This document shows positions 40,946 to 50,493 of a DNA stretch of 64,000 nt, in pieces. How positions within the stretch are numbered: the stretch's first letter is position 1; every line of letters starts with the position of its first letter. The stretch lies in assembly GCA_021108405.1 (NCBI GenBank), contig JAIOQW010000347.1, positions 18,486-82,485 on the forward strand, in the 5' to 3' direction. Both the position numbers and the translations under genes were made by a program. Origin of the DNA: Methanosarcinales archaeon. Its GTDB lineage: Archaea > Halobacteriota > Methanosarcinia > Methanosarcinales > Methanocomedenaceae. Under the pieces are notes generated by a model. It searched no databases, had not been told where the DNA came from, and was given only the letters and a program-made list of their open reading frames with translations.

Positions 40946-42151
40946 ATGGAAAATTTTAAAAATCTTGGTATCAGTGTGCGCCTTCTAAAAACTATAAATG
41001 ATGAGAAATTCGATCATCCTACCGAAATACAGGAAAAATCGATTCCGTTAATCCTTGCGGGAGAAGATGTTATAGCCGGATCTGCCACTGGTTCAGGAAA
41101 AACTCTTGCATTTGCTTGTGGCATATTACAGACTGCTAAAAAAGGAAAAGGGATACAGGCTTTGGTCCTGACTCCTACAAGAGAATTGGCAGAGCAGGTC
41201 ACAAATGCTTTAAGGAAATTCTCAAAATTAATCCCTTTAAAAATTATGTCCGTCTATGGTGGTGTGGGGATCAATGAGCAGATCAGGGGTTTAAAGACAG
41301 CAGATGTGGTGGTAGGAACACCGGGCAGGATACTTGATCATATCGAAAGAAAGACCATTAACTTTAATGGGGTAGAAACACTGGTGCTTGATGAAGCAGA
41401 CCGGATGTTAGATATGGGATTTATGGACGATGTGACTAAAATTATTAATAGATGTCCCCAGAACCGGCAGACCCTTTTATTCTCTGCTACGATCTCAAGA
41501 GAAATTGTCAAACTTGGCAGAAAATTTATGGATGAACCGATCCATGTAAAAGTTAAATCTAATATCGATGCATCACAATTGGACCAGTGCGTTTATAGAG
41601 TTAAAGCGAATATGAAATTATCATTACTCCTGCATCTATTGAAAAATGAAAAATCAGATCTGTCAATGGTTTTCTGCAATACAAAGAGATATACCGATAC
41701 GGTCGCTAAGAACCTGAGATCATCAGGTATTAATGCCCAGGCTATTCATGGCGGACTAACCCAGAAAAAGCGGAACAATGTTATGAAGCGATTCCATACA
41801 GGGAAGGCTGGTGTTCTTGTATGCACAGATGTGGCTGCAAGGGGGCTTGATATCGATGGTGTTTCCCATGTTTACAATTATGATATTCCCAGGGAGAGTA
41901 AGCAGTATATCCACAGGATCGGAAGAACTGCAAGAGCTGGAAAAGAAGGGAAGGCAATTAATATTCTTTCTGACAAAGATAATGATAATTATAAAAATGT
42001 ATTGAAATTCAATGATGTTGAGATAAGGAAAGAAAAGTTACCTGCTATAGAAAAGATACAAATAAAACAGTCGGAGCAACTTGGAATTAAACCTAACAAT
42101 AAACGCATCTCCAGAAAAAGGACTAATTCTAACAGGCACAAGAATCGATAG
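40946..42151 (+). CDS. DEAD-box RNA helicase
   Basis: Q motif PTEIQ, ATGSGKT, PTRELA, DEAD, SAT, ARGLD, HRIGRTARAG. Start is uncertain (40886, 40931 or 40946). Confidence 0.95.
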   Translation: MENFKNLGISVRLLKTINDEKFDHPTEIQEKSIPLILAGEDVIAGSATGSGKTLAFACGILQTAKKGKGIQALVLTPTRELAEQVTNALRKFSKLIPLKIMSVYGGVGINEQIRGLKTADVVVGTPGRILDHIERKTINFNGVETLVLDEADRMLDMGFMDDVTKIINRCPQNRQTLLFSATISREIVKLGRKFMDEPIHVKVKSNIDASQLDQCVYRVKANMKLSLLLHLLKNEKSDLSMVFCNTKRYTDTVAKNLRSSGINAQAIHGGLTQKKRNNVMKRFHTGKAGVLVCTDVAARGLDIDGVSHVYNYDIPRESKQYIHRIGRTARAGKEGKAINILSDKDNDNYKNVLKFNDVEIRKEKLPAIEKIQIKQSEQLGIKPNNKRISRKRTNSNRHKNR

Positions 42152-42249
42152 TTTTTTTGTGGTATATAAAGTTAAAATTACTTCTCAAATCTTGACATAT
42201 TGAAATGCATTCATAAACTCCAGTATGTCGAGATAGAGATACTTTTTAT

Positions 42250-42414
42250 AATATATCAAGTATAACTTGATATATCAAAAACGCTCACTCCGTTCACATT
42301 TTTTGATCCTCCATTCCTCTGGAATGTCGGACGAAGATTCTACGAATTTCCTAATCCACCATTCCTCCGGAATGTCGGTCAAGAAAATCCGAGCGTTAGC
42401 GAGGATTTTGTTCT
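42250..42414 (+). repeat. Modular hairpin element (A-B-C-D-C-F variant)
   Basis: Same architecture and length as 40706-40870. Confidence 0.9.
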
Positions 42415-42453
42415 TGTATATAAGTATTAATAGTATAATATGAATGATAATAT

Positions 42454-42804
42454 ATGATAACTCAAAGAGATAATGCACTATTTGAGGCAGGCATCAAGCT
42501 GGGTGCTTTATATCACCAGTTTGTGGGGGCACCGATAAACCTGGATACGGTAGATAGTCTCGAGCAAGCTATTAGTAAAAGCATATCAGTCCAGCCGTAT
42601 GTAAAGGAGATCACTGTAAGGATCGATAGAGATATGATCGCACAAACGATAGGGGATGTATTCGGATATTGTGAATTGGAAGGGGTAATGCTAAACGTAG
42701 AAGCAAGTATTGTATTTAAGGGAGTAACTGCTGTGGTCGCTTTGAAATTCGATCCAGGACTAAACTACCCCCTTATGCGTATAATAAATGTCATTGAAGT
42801 ATAG
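42454..42804 (+). CDS. mptD: Archaeal dihydroneopterin aldolase
   Basis: FEAGIKLGALYHQFVG, QPYV, GYCEL, NYPLM. Confidence 0.85.
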   Translation: MITQRDNALFEAGIKLGALYHQFVGAPINLDTVDSLEQAISKSISVQPYVKEITVRIDRDMIAQTIGDVFGYCELEGVMLNVEASIVFKGVTAVVALKFDPGLNYPLMRIINVIEV

Positions 42805-42854
42805 ATTTTGATAAAATTAAGATAATAATCTGGATAAAATTATATTGACATCGA

Positions 42855-43631
42855 GTGGAAGATCATATGATTGATATAGATCTATTGAAAATGATTTACT
42901 GCACGCCATTCCTTTTATATTCGTGTTATACTGATCTGCAGACCAGGAGAGTATCTAACCAGGTATGGAAAGTAATGTTGATCGGAGGAGGTTTATTTGC
43001 CGCCTATGATATTATTAACACAGGTATGCCTGCCCTTCTCGGACTGGTTCTCAGCGTAGGGATCATATTTATTTTTGTTTATATACTTTTTCAGTTCGGA
43101 GCCTTCGGAGGGGCAGATGCCAAATGCCTGATAGTATTGGCGATTATTATACCAGTCTATCCCCTAATAAAACTTTTTGGTGTGGAATATCCACTTACGG
43201 GAATTCCTTTGATCAACCTATTTGCTTTTACGGTATTTGGAAATGCTATCCTGCTGACTATTGTGGTACCTCTGGGCCTTTTTTTTAATAATCTAATTGC
43301 ACTTAAGCCTCGAGAGATATTAAAAAACCCTGCATATCTATTTGTAGGATATAAGACTGATATTTCAAAACTGCAGGGTAGACATATTAAATTGATACAC
43401 GAGCGCTTTTTAGTAGATGGTGTTTTACAGACCAGGTTCAAACGGGGGGGTGTGGATATCGAGGAAGACATAATAAAAGAACTTGAAACTTTTGCACATA
43501 ACGACCTGATGGATAGACATGTATGGGTCACGCCTGGTATGCCTTTTATAATCCCGATAACACTGGGTTTCTATACAGCAATAATCTTCGGTGATTTGAT
43601 ATTTTATCTTACCAGGCAGATAATAATGTAA
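42855..43631 (+). CDS. Prepilin/preflagellin peptidase (A24, FlaK/PibD-like)
   Basis: TDLQTRRVSN, FGGADAK, VWVTPGMPFIIPI. Confidence 0.9.
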   Translation: MEDHMIDIDLLKMIYCTPFLLYSCYTDLQTRRVSNQVWKVMLIGGGLFAAYDIINTGMPALLGLVLSVGIIFIFVYILFQFGAFGGADAKCLIVLAIIIPVYPLIKLFGVEYPLTGIPLINLFAFTVFGNAILLTIVVPLGLFFNNLIALKPREILKNPAYLFVGYKTDISKLQGRHIKLIHERFLVDGVLQTRFKRGGVDIEEDIIKELETFAHNDLMDRHVWVTPGMPFIIPITLGFYTAIIFGDLIFYLTRQIIM

Positions 43632-43735
43632 TCCAATATGTGATCGGTTAAGTAATGAATCAGGATAATCTAATAATTTTTTTAATGAAATATCTTCAAC
43701 TACAATATTTAAATATTTTTAAATACTTTGCTTGT

Positions 43736-43956
43736 AGAATATCAAGTATAACTTGATATATCGAAAAAATGGAGGCGCTCACTTCGTTCACATTTTTTGA
43801 TCCTCCATTCCTCCGGAATGTCGGACGAAGATTCTACAAATCTTCTAATCCTCCATTCCTCCGGAATGTCGGACGAAGATTCTACAAATCTTCTAATCCT
43901 CCATTCCTCCGGAATGTCGGTCAAGAAAATCCGAGCGTTAGCGAGGATTTTGTTCA
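43736..43956 (+). repeat. Modular hairpin element with tandem 48-bp C-D expansion (A-B-C-D-C-D-C-F)
   Basis: Unit TAATCCTCCATTCCTCCGGAATGTCGGACGAAGATTCTACAAATCTTC repeated. Confidence 0.9.
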
Positions 43957-43991
43957 AATACCAACATATTAGAATAAAGGAGTTATTGATT

Positions 43992-44546
43992 TTGCCAAGT
44001 CCGGTCGGGCATGTACTTTGTGGGATTTTAATTTATCTGATCATTAACAGATACAATAACAGATATAGCCTCAGTGTTTTGTCATTGTATATCTTCTTTT
44101 CAGTTCTTCCTGATATTGATTTTGCACCTGGATTTATAATACATGATCCTAGCTTTTTCCACCAGGGCTTAACCCATACTCTAGGAGCCGCTGCTATTGC
44201 AGGAACCATAGGAAGCTTGATACTAAGAAGAAAGGGTCAGTTTATTAATTGCTGTTTATTATTTACAGGAATTTATTACTTTCATGTGGTTCTGGATTAT
44301 ATAGCATCAGCATCTGATACAAGTTATCCATTCGGAGTGGCTCTATTCTGGCCTTTTAGCGTTGAGCATTATTCATTTCCTGTTATGATCTTTCTCGATA
44401 TATGGAGAGGTGAAACAAATACTACTTTCATATCAGGTCTTTTTAATTATCATAATTTACTGGCAATAATGATAGAATTGATGATCTTCTTGCCGCCAAT
44501 TATATTACTCTATTATTTTTCATTTCATAAGAAGCAAGCAGATTAA
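43992..44546 (+). CDS. Membrane-bound metal-dependent hydrolase (YdjM family)
   Basis: TTG start after AAGGAG; PSPVGH, LPDID, HQGLTHT, HVVLD, LFWPF. Confidence 0.85.
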   Translation: MPSPVGHVLCGILIYLIINRYNNRYSLSVLSLYIFFSVLPDIDFAPGFIIHDPSFFHQGLTHTLGAAAIAGTIGSLILRRKGQFINCCLLFTGIYYFHVVLDYIASASDTSYPFGVALFWPFSVEHYSFPVMIFLDIWRGETNTTFISGLFNYHNLLAIMIELMIFLPPIILLYYFSFHKKQAD

Positions 44547-44555
44547 TTGACAATT

Positions 44556-44933
44556 TCATAGACTGATGATCAGGTCGCCTTTACTCTGGTATTCAAGGAA
44601 TAGTTCTGCTACCACGTGGGATTCGATCATTTCTATCTCTGGTATTAATTCAGATTCTTTTAATCCGATAATATCAGCTGCAAGCTGACAGCATTTGAAT
44701 TTCACTCCTAATTTAATGCATTCTTTTACTTTTTTATCATATTCCGGGGCACCGCGGTGTTTTCCATCTTTTCCAAGTACTACACCCATAGGTCCCCATA
44801 ATATTACTATGACATCAAGTTCGTTTTTCCGGTAAAATTTTGCAAACCGCAAAGTCTCAAGCGGGCTTGTACTTTCATATACCATATTTTTTAATAATAA
44901 CAGTACTTTATTAACTTCAGACATTTTTCCCAC
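44556..44933 (-). CDS. DsrE/DsrF-like protein
   Basis: VIVILWGPMGV...GVKFKCCQLAA...ELIPEI pattern. Confidence 0.65.
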   Translation of the reverse strand: MGKMSEVNKVLLLLKNMVYESTSPLETLRFAKFYRKNELDVIVILWGPMGVVLGKDGKHRGAPEYDKKVKECIKLGVKFKCCQLAADIIGLKESELIPEIEMIESHVVAELFLEYQSKGDLIISL

Positions 44934-44976
44934 TAATATATTTATCTCTAACCTTAAAAAGAAAACGATTTAAATT

Positions 44977-45207
44977 TCATAAACCATTAGCATCTGCAAA
45001 TTTAATTAATGCCTCACCAAGTGCCCTGGTATATTTTGGATTCAAATTGAATCTGGCCTTTTTTTGTCCGCTGCGTTCCTTTGCGATTTCAACATACTCT
45101 TTATCATATCTCTCACTGGATGCAAGTGTTATGGTCATGTACCAACCGCTACTCATCTTCACTTCTAAATAATCTTTTGCATCTTCTTTTTCTGGTGTGT
45201 CTGTCAT
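44977..45207 (-). CDS. Small hypothetical protein
   Basis: GAGG SD before MTDTPEK; beta-rich with a C-terminal helix. Confidence 0.65.
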   Translation of the reverse strand: MTDTPEKEDAKDYLEVKMSSGWYMTITLASSERYDKEYVEIAKERSGQKKARFNLNPKYTRALGEALIKFADANGL

Positions 45208-45247
45208 TTTATTTTTCCTCATAGTGTGATTATGAATATTTTTTTGT

Positions 45248-45308
45248 AGTATATAATCTGTAAGATAATATACTTAAGAAAATCCGACCGAAGGGAGGAT
45301 TTTGTTCT
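45248..45308 (+). repeat. Minimal 61-bp hairpin element with sequence-divergent A stem
   Basis: AGTATATAATCT-GTA-AGATAATATACT + F. Confidence 0.85.
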
Positions 45309-45405
45309 TGAAGGTCTTTATTCTATGTTATGCTTGATAAATACTTTTATAGAACAATGTTTTAATACAGTAAAGCATATTTACCAACCATACAGGTGAT
45401 CTAAG

Positions 45406-45759
45406 ATGTCAAAAAAATCGGGTGCAATGCGAGGAGTTAATCCCAAAGCAATGAACAAAATGATGAAGCAAATGGGGATAAACAGTGATGAGATTGACAA
45501 TGTAGAGCAGGTTATAATCAGGACTCAGGATACTGACATTATTTTCGATGATGCCAATGTGACCAAAGTAGAAGCTCCTGGTATGCTAACCTATCAGATA
45601 ATAGGTAATCCGCGGGAAGTTCCAAGAGAGATCCAAATATCGCAAGAGGATATAACCCTGGTTGCCGAGCAAACCGGAAAGTCCCAGGATGAAGCCAGAG
45701 CAGCTCTAAAGGAGACGGGTGGAGATTTGGCAGAAGCTATTTTAAAACTGGGAAGTTAA
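45406..45759 (+). CDS. nac: Nascent polypeptide-associated complex protein
   Basis: NPKAMNKMMKQMGI, TYQIIG, UBA-like GDLAEAIL. Confidence 0.93.
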   Translation: MSKKSGAMRGVNPKAMNKMMKQMGINSDEIDNVEQVIIRTQDTDIIFDDANVTKVEAPGMLTYQIIGNPREVPREIQISQEDITLVAEQTGKSQDEARAALKETGGDLAEAILKLGS

Positions 45760-45804
45760 TAAAAATGCTCACTTCGTTCGCATTTGCTTGAGATATTTTT
45801 TTAT

Positions 45805-45865
45805 AGTATATCAAGTATAACTTGAGGTACTCAAGAAAATCCGACTGAAGGGAGGATTTTGTTCT
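45805..45865 (+). repeat. Minimal 61-bp hairpin element inserted into a family-3 repeat
   Basis: The flanks rejoin to match 26678-26735. Confidence 0.88.
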
Positions 45866-45911
45866 AAAATATATACAGGAATAAAATTCCCGTTAACCAG
45901 GTGGGAGAGGC

Positions 45912-47024
45912 ATTAAACTTAAGCAAAATACTATTTATGAATATAATGGCAGGAAAAAACGCAGCATTACAATAATTCTTTTACTAATTATAGCCATTAT
46001 TACCACAACCCAAATAGCACAAGTATCAGCAAATACAAATTCCATACCCCCCAATAAATGGACATTTAATGATGACTATTTCACTATCTACGGCAGTCCT
46101 GAGATTGTAGTAAGCACAATAGGCAACCCGGAATATAACAAGGATGAATCATCCCCGATCCTTATTAAGATCATGAACCAGGGTAAGGTACTGGGATTTG
46201 AATCAGATGATAAACCAGAAGATGCAAACGAGATAGCTCTATCAAAAATAGAACTGCAGCAGGAATATGGAGTAACTACAGCTTTAGGCGTAATTGCATC
46301 TGTTTCACCAATGGATGCTCCGTTAGACATTAAAACTTCGCCCCAGAGCGCAGGTACTATCATCTCAGGCCAGGTATCAGACCCGCTGCAGTTTGATATA
46401 GAGGTATGGGACAATGCAAAGGCAGGGACATACCAGCTATTAGTCAATCTTACATACCAGTATCAGGAAGATGTACAGGTAGAAGGTAATGCTACTACGA
46501 ACGAGATCGATTCTAATATATTGTATAAAGAGGTCAATGAGACTCATATAATTACTATTATAGTCAATAAACAGGCCGATTTTAAAGCTCTTAGTGTAGA
46601 AAGTGATCTACTGCCTGATACATCAGGTATCCTCAGTATCACATTCAAGAACACTGGTGAAGAAAAAGCTACCAGGGCTAGTGCCAGACTGAGGTTATCA
46701 GATCCCTTTAGCAGTACCGATTTTACGGCATATCTGGGAGATATGGAACAGGAGGACGTAGTTCAGGCAAAGTTTGATATTGATGTAGACAAAGATGCTA
46801 CTCTCAAGGTTTATTCGGTCACGGTCGAGATAGAATATGAAGACATGGAAGGTGAAACAAAGATCTCTGATTCTATCTATGTGCCAGTAGAGGTTAAAGA
46901 GACGAAGAAAGAAGCAGGATTATTTCAAAACCCGATACTTATTATCGGAATCGTACTGATACTGGCAGTTTTATTATTTTTCTTTACAAAGAGGCGTAAA
47001 GGTGACAGAGGCACTGATAAATGA
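45912..47024 (+). CDS. COG1361 S-layer-domain family protein with C-terminal TM (N-terminus extends about 87 codons beyond the ORF track)
   Basis: Frame is open from 45897 and encodes a signal peptide (KKRSITIILLLIIAII...VSA). Also FKNTGEE.A, PFSSTD..AYLGD, TM + KRRK. Confidence 0.8.
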   Translation: MKLKQNTIYEYNGRKKRSITIILLLIIAIITTTQIAQVSANTNSIPPNKWTFNDDYFTIYGSPEIVVSTIGNPEYNKDESSPILIKIMNQGKVLGFESDDKPEDANEIALSKIELQQEYGVTTALGVIASVSPMDAPLDIKTSPQSAGTIISGQVSDPLQFDIEVWDNAKAGTYQLLVNLTYQYQEDVQVEGNATTNEIDSNILYKEVNETHIITIIVNKQADFKALSVESDLLPDTSGILSITFKNTGEEKATRASARLRLSDPFSSTDFTAYLGDMEQEDVVQAKFDIDVDKDATLKVYSVTVEIEYEDMEGETKISDSIYVPVEVKETKKEAGLFQNPILIIGIVLILAVLLFFFTKRRKGDRGTDK

Positions 47025-47958
47025 TGCCATAATCTCTATTGATAAAGTGGTCAAACGGTACAATGGTTTTACGGCAGTGGACGAAATTTCTTTCAACATC
47101 AAGAAAGGTGAGATATTCGGACTTCTCGGTCCTAATGGTGCCGGCAAATCCACCCTGATCTCTATTTTGTGTTGCCTGTTTACACAGGACTCTGGCAAGA
47201 TCACTATTGACGGATTCGATAATATTAAGGACTCTATCAGGATTAAAAATGTGATAGGTGTAGTACCCCAGGAGATCAGTCTTTATCCTACACTGAGTGC
47301 CAGGGAGAACCTGGCATTCTATGGCAAAATATATGGTCTTTCAAAAAAGGCACTGCATAGCAGGATAGAAATACTGCTGGATATGGCGGGTCTAACTGAG
47401 CGGGCTGATGATATGATCCAGGGTTTTTCAGGTGGTATGAAGCGAAGGATCAATATTGCTGCAGCACTGCTGCACGACCCCAAGATACTGTTTATGGATG
47501 AACCTACAACCGGAGTTGATCCACAGAGCCGTAAGCGGATATATGATACCATTGTAGATCTCAATAAACAGGGAATGAGTGTACTTTTCACCACACACCA
47601 GATGGAAGATGCACAAAAACTGTGCCACCGGATCGGAATTGTGGATAAAGGGCAGCTTATTGCCCTGGATACACTTACAGGACTGCTTGAGCTAACAGGA
47701 GAAAGTGATCTTATCCATGTTGAGGCTAAAGATATCCCCCCGAATGCTGTGGAATCTATCAGGAAGATAGAAACTGTCCAGCAGGTATCCATAGACGAGG
47801 ATAGTATGACCGTTCAACTATTAAAGGGGAGGGAACTACTTGTCAATATAATTGATATCCTGATATCAGAAGGGGCTAAAGTGGAATTTATTAATATCAA
47901 AGAACCAGATCTTGAGACACTATTTTTACATTTGACAGGTACTAAATTAAGGGGCTAG
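47002..47958 (+). CDS. ABC transporter ATP-binding protein (ABC-2/DrrA type)
   Basis: GPNGAGKS, FSGGMKRR, MDEPT, H-loop. Confidence 0.93.
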   Translation: MTEALINDAIISIDKVVKRYNGFTAVDEISFNIKKGEIFGLLGPNGAGKSTLISILCCLFTQDSGKITIDGFDNIKDSIRIKNVIGVVPQEISLYPTLSARENLAFYGKIYGLSKKALHSRIEILLDMAGLTERADDMIQGFSGGMKRRINIAAALLHDPKILFMDEPTTGVDPQSRKRIYDTIVDLNKQGMSVLFTTHQMEDAQKLCHRIGIVDKGQLIALDTLTGLLELTGESDLIHVEAKDIPPNAVESIRKIETVQQVSIDEDSMTVQLLKGRELLVNIIDILISEGAKVEFINIKEPDLETLFLHLTGTKLRG

Positions 47959-47960
47959 AA

Positions 47961-49142
47961 ATGAAATTCCATATCATTGCAGCTAAGGATATGAAGATCC
48001 TTATTCGTGATCACAATGCTCTCATTTTAATGTTTATACTGCCTATGCTGTTAATCTCAGTAGCAGGACTGGCACTGGGCGGTACATTCGAGGATAATAT
48101 CAGAATAGATGTACTGGTAGTTGACCTGGATAATAGGGATCTATCAAAGGAATTTGTGCAATTTCTCGAAGATATAGATATCCTGGATGTAGATATGGAG
48201 TCAAACGAGTTTGCTGCCAGGGACAGGGTTAAGAATAAAGAGTACGGCAGGTTGGTCATAGTCCCACCGGGTTTTACTGAATCCATAATGACAGGCCAGG
48301 ATACTGAGTTGCTTATTATCTCAGATCCATCCGAGGATTCCCAGAATACGGTTTTGGAGAAGATCATCGAGGGATATGCCAACCGGATGTCAACCTACGT
48401 GGTAACAATTAAAACCGTTACCACCTATGGTGTCCCGACTTATGATCAAGAAAAGGTCTTTGATATTATAAAAGTAGTAGACAGGTTCATAGCCTCACCA
48501 CCAGTAGCAGTAGTCACACAATCCTCTACTACTGATACGAAAGATTTCTCACCATTTATTCAGTACGTTCCCGGATTTGCTGTCATGTTCCTGCTGCTTA
48601 CCTGTGTGGAGGCCGGATCAGTCAGTCTGCTAAAAGAACAGGAATCCGGGACCCTGAGGCGTCTTGTCACAGCCCCTATCAGCAGGAGTGAGATCATTGG
48701 CGGCAAGATCGCCAGTATCTTTATTCGTGGATTTATTCAATTATCCGTACTGCTGCTATTCGGACAGGTGGTCTTTGACCTGAACCTGGGCAGCAGCATA
48801 GCGGCTATTATTATCCTGATATCAGCGGTCACACTGGCTGGTACCGGTTTTGGAATGCTGGTTGCAGTTCTTGTAAAAACCAAGGACCAGGCATCCTCTC
48901 TATCTTCTATGCTGGTACTGACAATGTCTGCTATGGGAGGTTCCTGGTGGCCTTTGTTCATTGAGCCGCAGTTCATGCAGGATATTGCTCATTTTACTAT
49001 CACTGCCTGGGCTATGGATGGATTCTATGACCTGTTGATTTTTGACACCGGAGTAAGTGGAATAATGAAGGAAGTAGGAGTATTATTGCTTATGAGTATG
49101 ATTTTTTTCTGGATCGCTACAACCAGGTTTAAGTTTGAATAG
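47961..49142 (+). CDS. ABC-2 type permease
   Basis: N-terminal TM, extracellular loop, EQESGTLRRLVTAP, GGSWWP. Confidence 0.9.
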   Translation: MKFHIIAAKDMKILIRDHNALILMFILPMLLISVAGLALGGTFEDNIRIDVLVVDLDNRDLSKEFVQFLEDIDILDVDMESNEFAARDRVKNKEYGRLVIVPPGFTESIMTGQDTELLIISDPSEDSQNTVLEKIIEGYANRMSTYVVTIKTVTTYGVPTYDQEKVFDIIKVVDRFIASPPVAVVTQSSTTDTKDFSPFIQYVPGFAVMFLLLTCVEAGSVSLLKEQESGTLRRLVTAPISRSEIIGGKIASIFIRGFIQLSVLLLFGQVVFDLNLGSSIAAIIILISAVTLAGTGFGMLVAVLVKTKDQASSLSSMLVLTMSAMGGSWWPLFIEPQFMQDIAHFTITAWAMDGFYDLLIFDTGVSGIMKEVGVLLLMSMIFFWIATTRFKFE

Positions 49143-50427
49143 ACGGATCTATGGTAATATTCCCGCCCAGTCTTTGTATAACATTAAAGAACCCTGGGAA
49201 AGATACATCCACAGATTCTACTGTATCAATTGTTGTATCTCCTGCTACCATCCCGGCTACTGTCAGTGCCATTACAATACGGTGGTCATGCCATCCATGT
49301 ACCTGTGCTCCGTGCAGACCTGTGCCCTTGATCAATAAACGGTCAGGCTCCTGTATAATATCCACACCCATTTTGCTGAGTTCAACTGTCATAGCATTAA
49401 GCCTATCAGTTTCCTTGAACCTTACATGTTCGGCATTCTCTATTACCATCTCACCTTCACAAACGGCTCCTAATACTGACAGTGTGGGGACAAGGTCAGG
49501 TGTCATACCTACATCTACGTTGATACCATGCAATTGACTCTTATTGATTGTAACTACACCATGCTGTTTGTCCCATATAAGATCAGCACCCATATCCTGC
49601 AGTATGGATATGATCGCAGCATCTCCCTGGCTGCTGGGAAATATTCCATTGATAGTAACACCATTTCCTGCCAGTACACCTGCTGCTAATAAATAGGATG
49701 TAGAAGAAAAATCTCCTGGTACGGTATATTCACTTAATGAATAAGACTGGTTGGGAGGTATGATGAATTTTAAGTTCTGTTTGCTCCCTTTTTCTATATG
49801 TATCTCAATACCAGCGCTCTTAAGCATCTCAAGAGTAATATCCACATAAGGCCTGGATTTTAATTCACCTTCTACCTGGATCACGGTCTCATCAGGACAT
49901 AGAGGACAGGCGATAAGTAGTGCAGAAAAGAACTGGCTGCTAATACTGCCGTCAACTACTGCCTCACCACCGCTCATCGGTCCACGTACTATAATAGGGG
50001 CAGTACCATTATCTTTAGTAGAGAACACTTCTGCTCCCAGGTCGTTCAGGGCCCTGATCAGTGGTGTATTGGGACGTGTACGTATGGAATCATCTCCGGT
50101 AAGCACTATAGTTCCATTGCACAGGGCACTCACAGCCATAATAAGCCGTAATGTCGTCCCGCTATTTGCCACATCTATTACATTATCTGCAAGGTCAGGA
50201 TGTCCTTTGACTCCGTTAATAATAAGATCGTCATTCTCCTGGTGAATCCCTGCACCCAGTGCTTTACATGCCTCTACCGATGCAAGTGTGTCTGCTGATA
50301 AAAGGGGGCGGTAGACTGTTGTTTGATCAGATAGTGCGGATATGACCACAGCTCTGTGAGTATAGCTTTTAGATGGTGGGGCAAAAACCTTGCCCTTGAG
50401 TATTGATCGGTCGATTGTTGCTTTCAT
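49129..50427 (-). CDS. aroA: 3-phosphoshikimate 1-carboxyvinyltransferase (EPSP synthase)
   Basis: PPSKSYTHR, NSGTTLR, SSQF, PGDFSS, RFKETDR, DHRIVM. Confidence 0.97.
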   Translation of the reverse strand: MKATIDRSILKGKVFAPPSKSYTHRAVVISALSDQTTVYRPLLSADTLASVEACKALGAGIHQENDDLIINGVKGHPDLADNVIDVANSGTTLRLIMAVSALCNGTIVLTGDDSIRTRPNTPLIRALNDLGAEVFSTKDNGTAPIIVRGPMSGGEAVVDGSISSQFFSALLIACPLCPDETVIQVEGELKSRPYVDITLEMLKSAGIEIHIEKGSKQNLKFIIPPNQSYSLSEYTVPGDFSSTSYLLAAGVLAGNGVTINGIFPSSQGDAAIISILQDMGADLIWDKQHGVVTINKSQLHGINVDVGMTPDLVPTLSVLGAVCEGEMVIENAEHVRFKETDRLNAMTVELSKMGVDIIQEPDRLLIKGTGLHGAQVHGWHDHRIVMALTVAGMVAGDTTIDTVESVDVSFPGFFNVIQRLGGNITIDPSIQT

Positions 50428-50493
50428 TGTTTATCAGTTCTATTTTCTATTATTTAGCAAAATATAAATGCATTGGTATTTGATTTACTCATA

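Noticed and set aside
43797..43920. 48-bp direct repeats as a CRISPR array
   Set aside because: The units are contiguous with no unique spacers, there are no cas genes, and they are modules of the dispersed element.
42275..43972. Short ORFs at 42275-42478, 43742-43957 and 43769-43972 (also 55693-55878 and 57663-57959)
   Set aside because: They are translations of the hairpin element (IPEEWRI / LHSSGMS peptides) with no independent coding evidence.
45878..45890. GGAATAAAATTCC as an NrpR operator
   Set aside because: The spacer is 5 nt rather than 6, and the downstream gene is unrelated to nitrogen metabolism.
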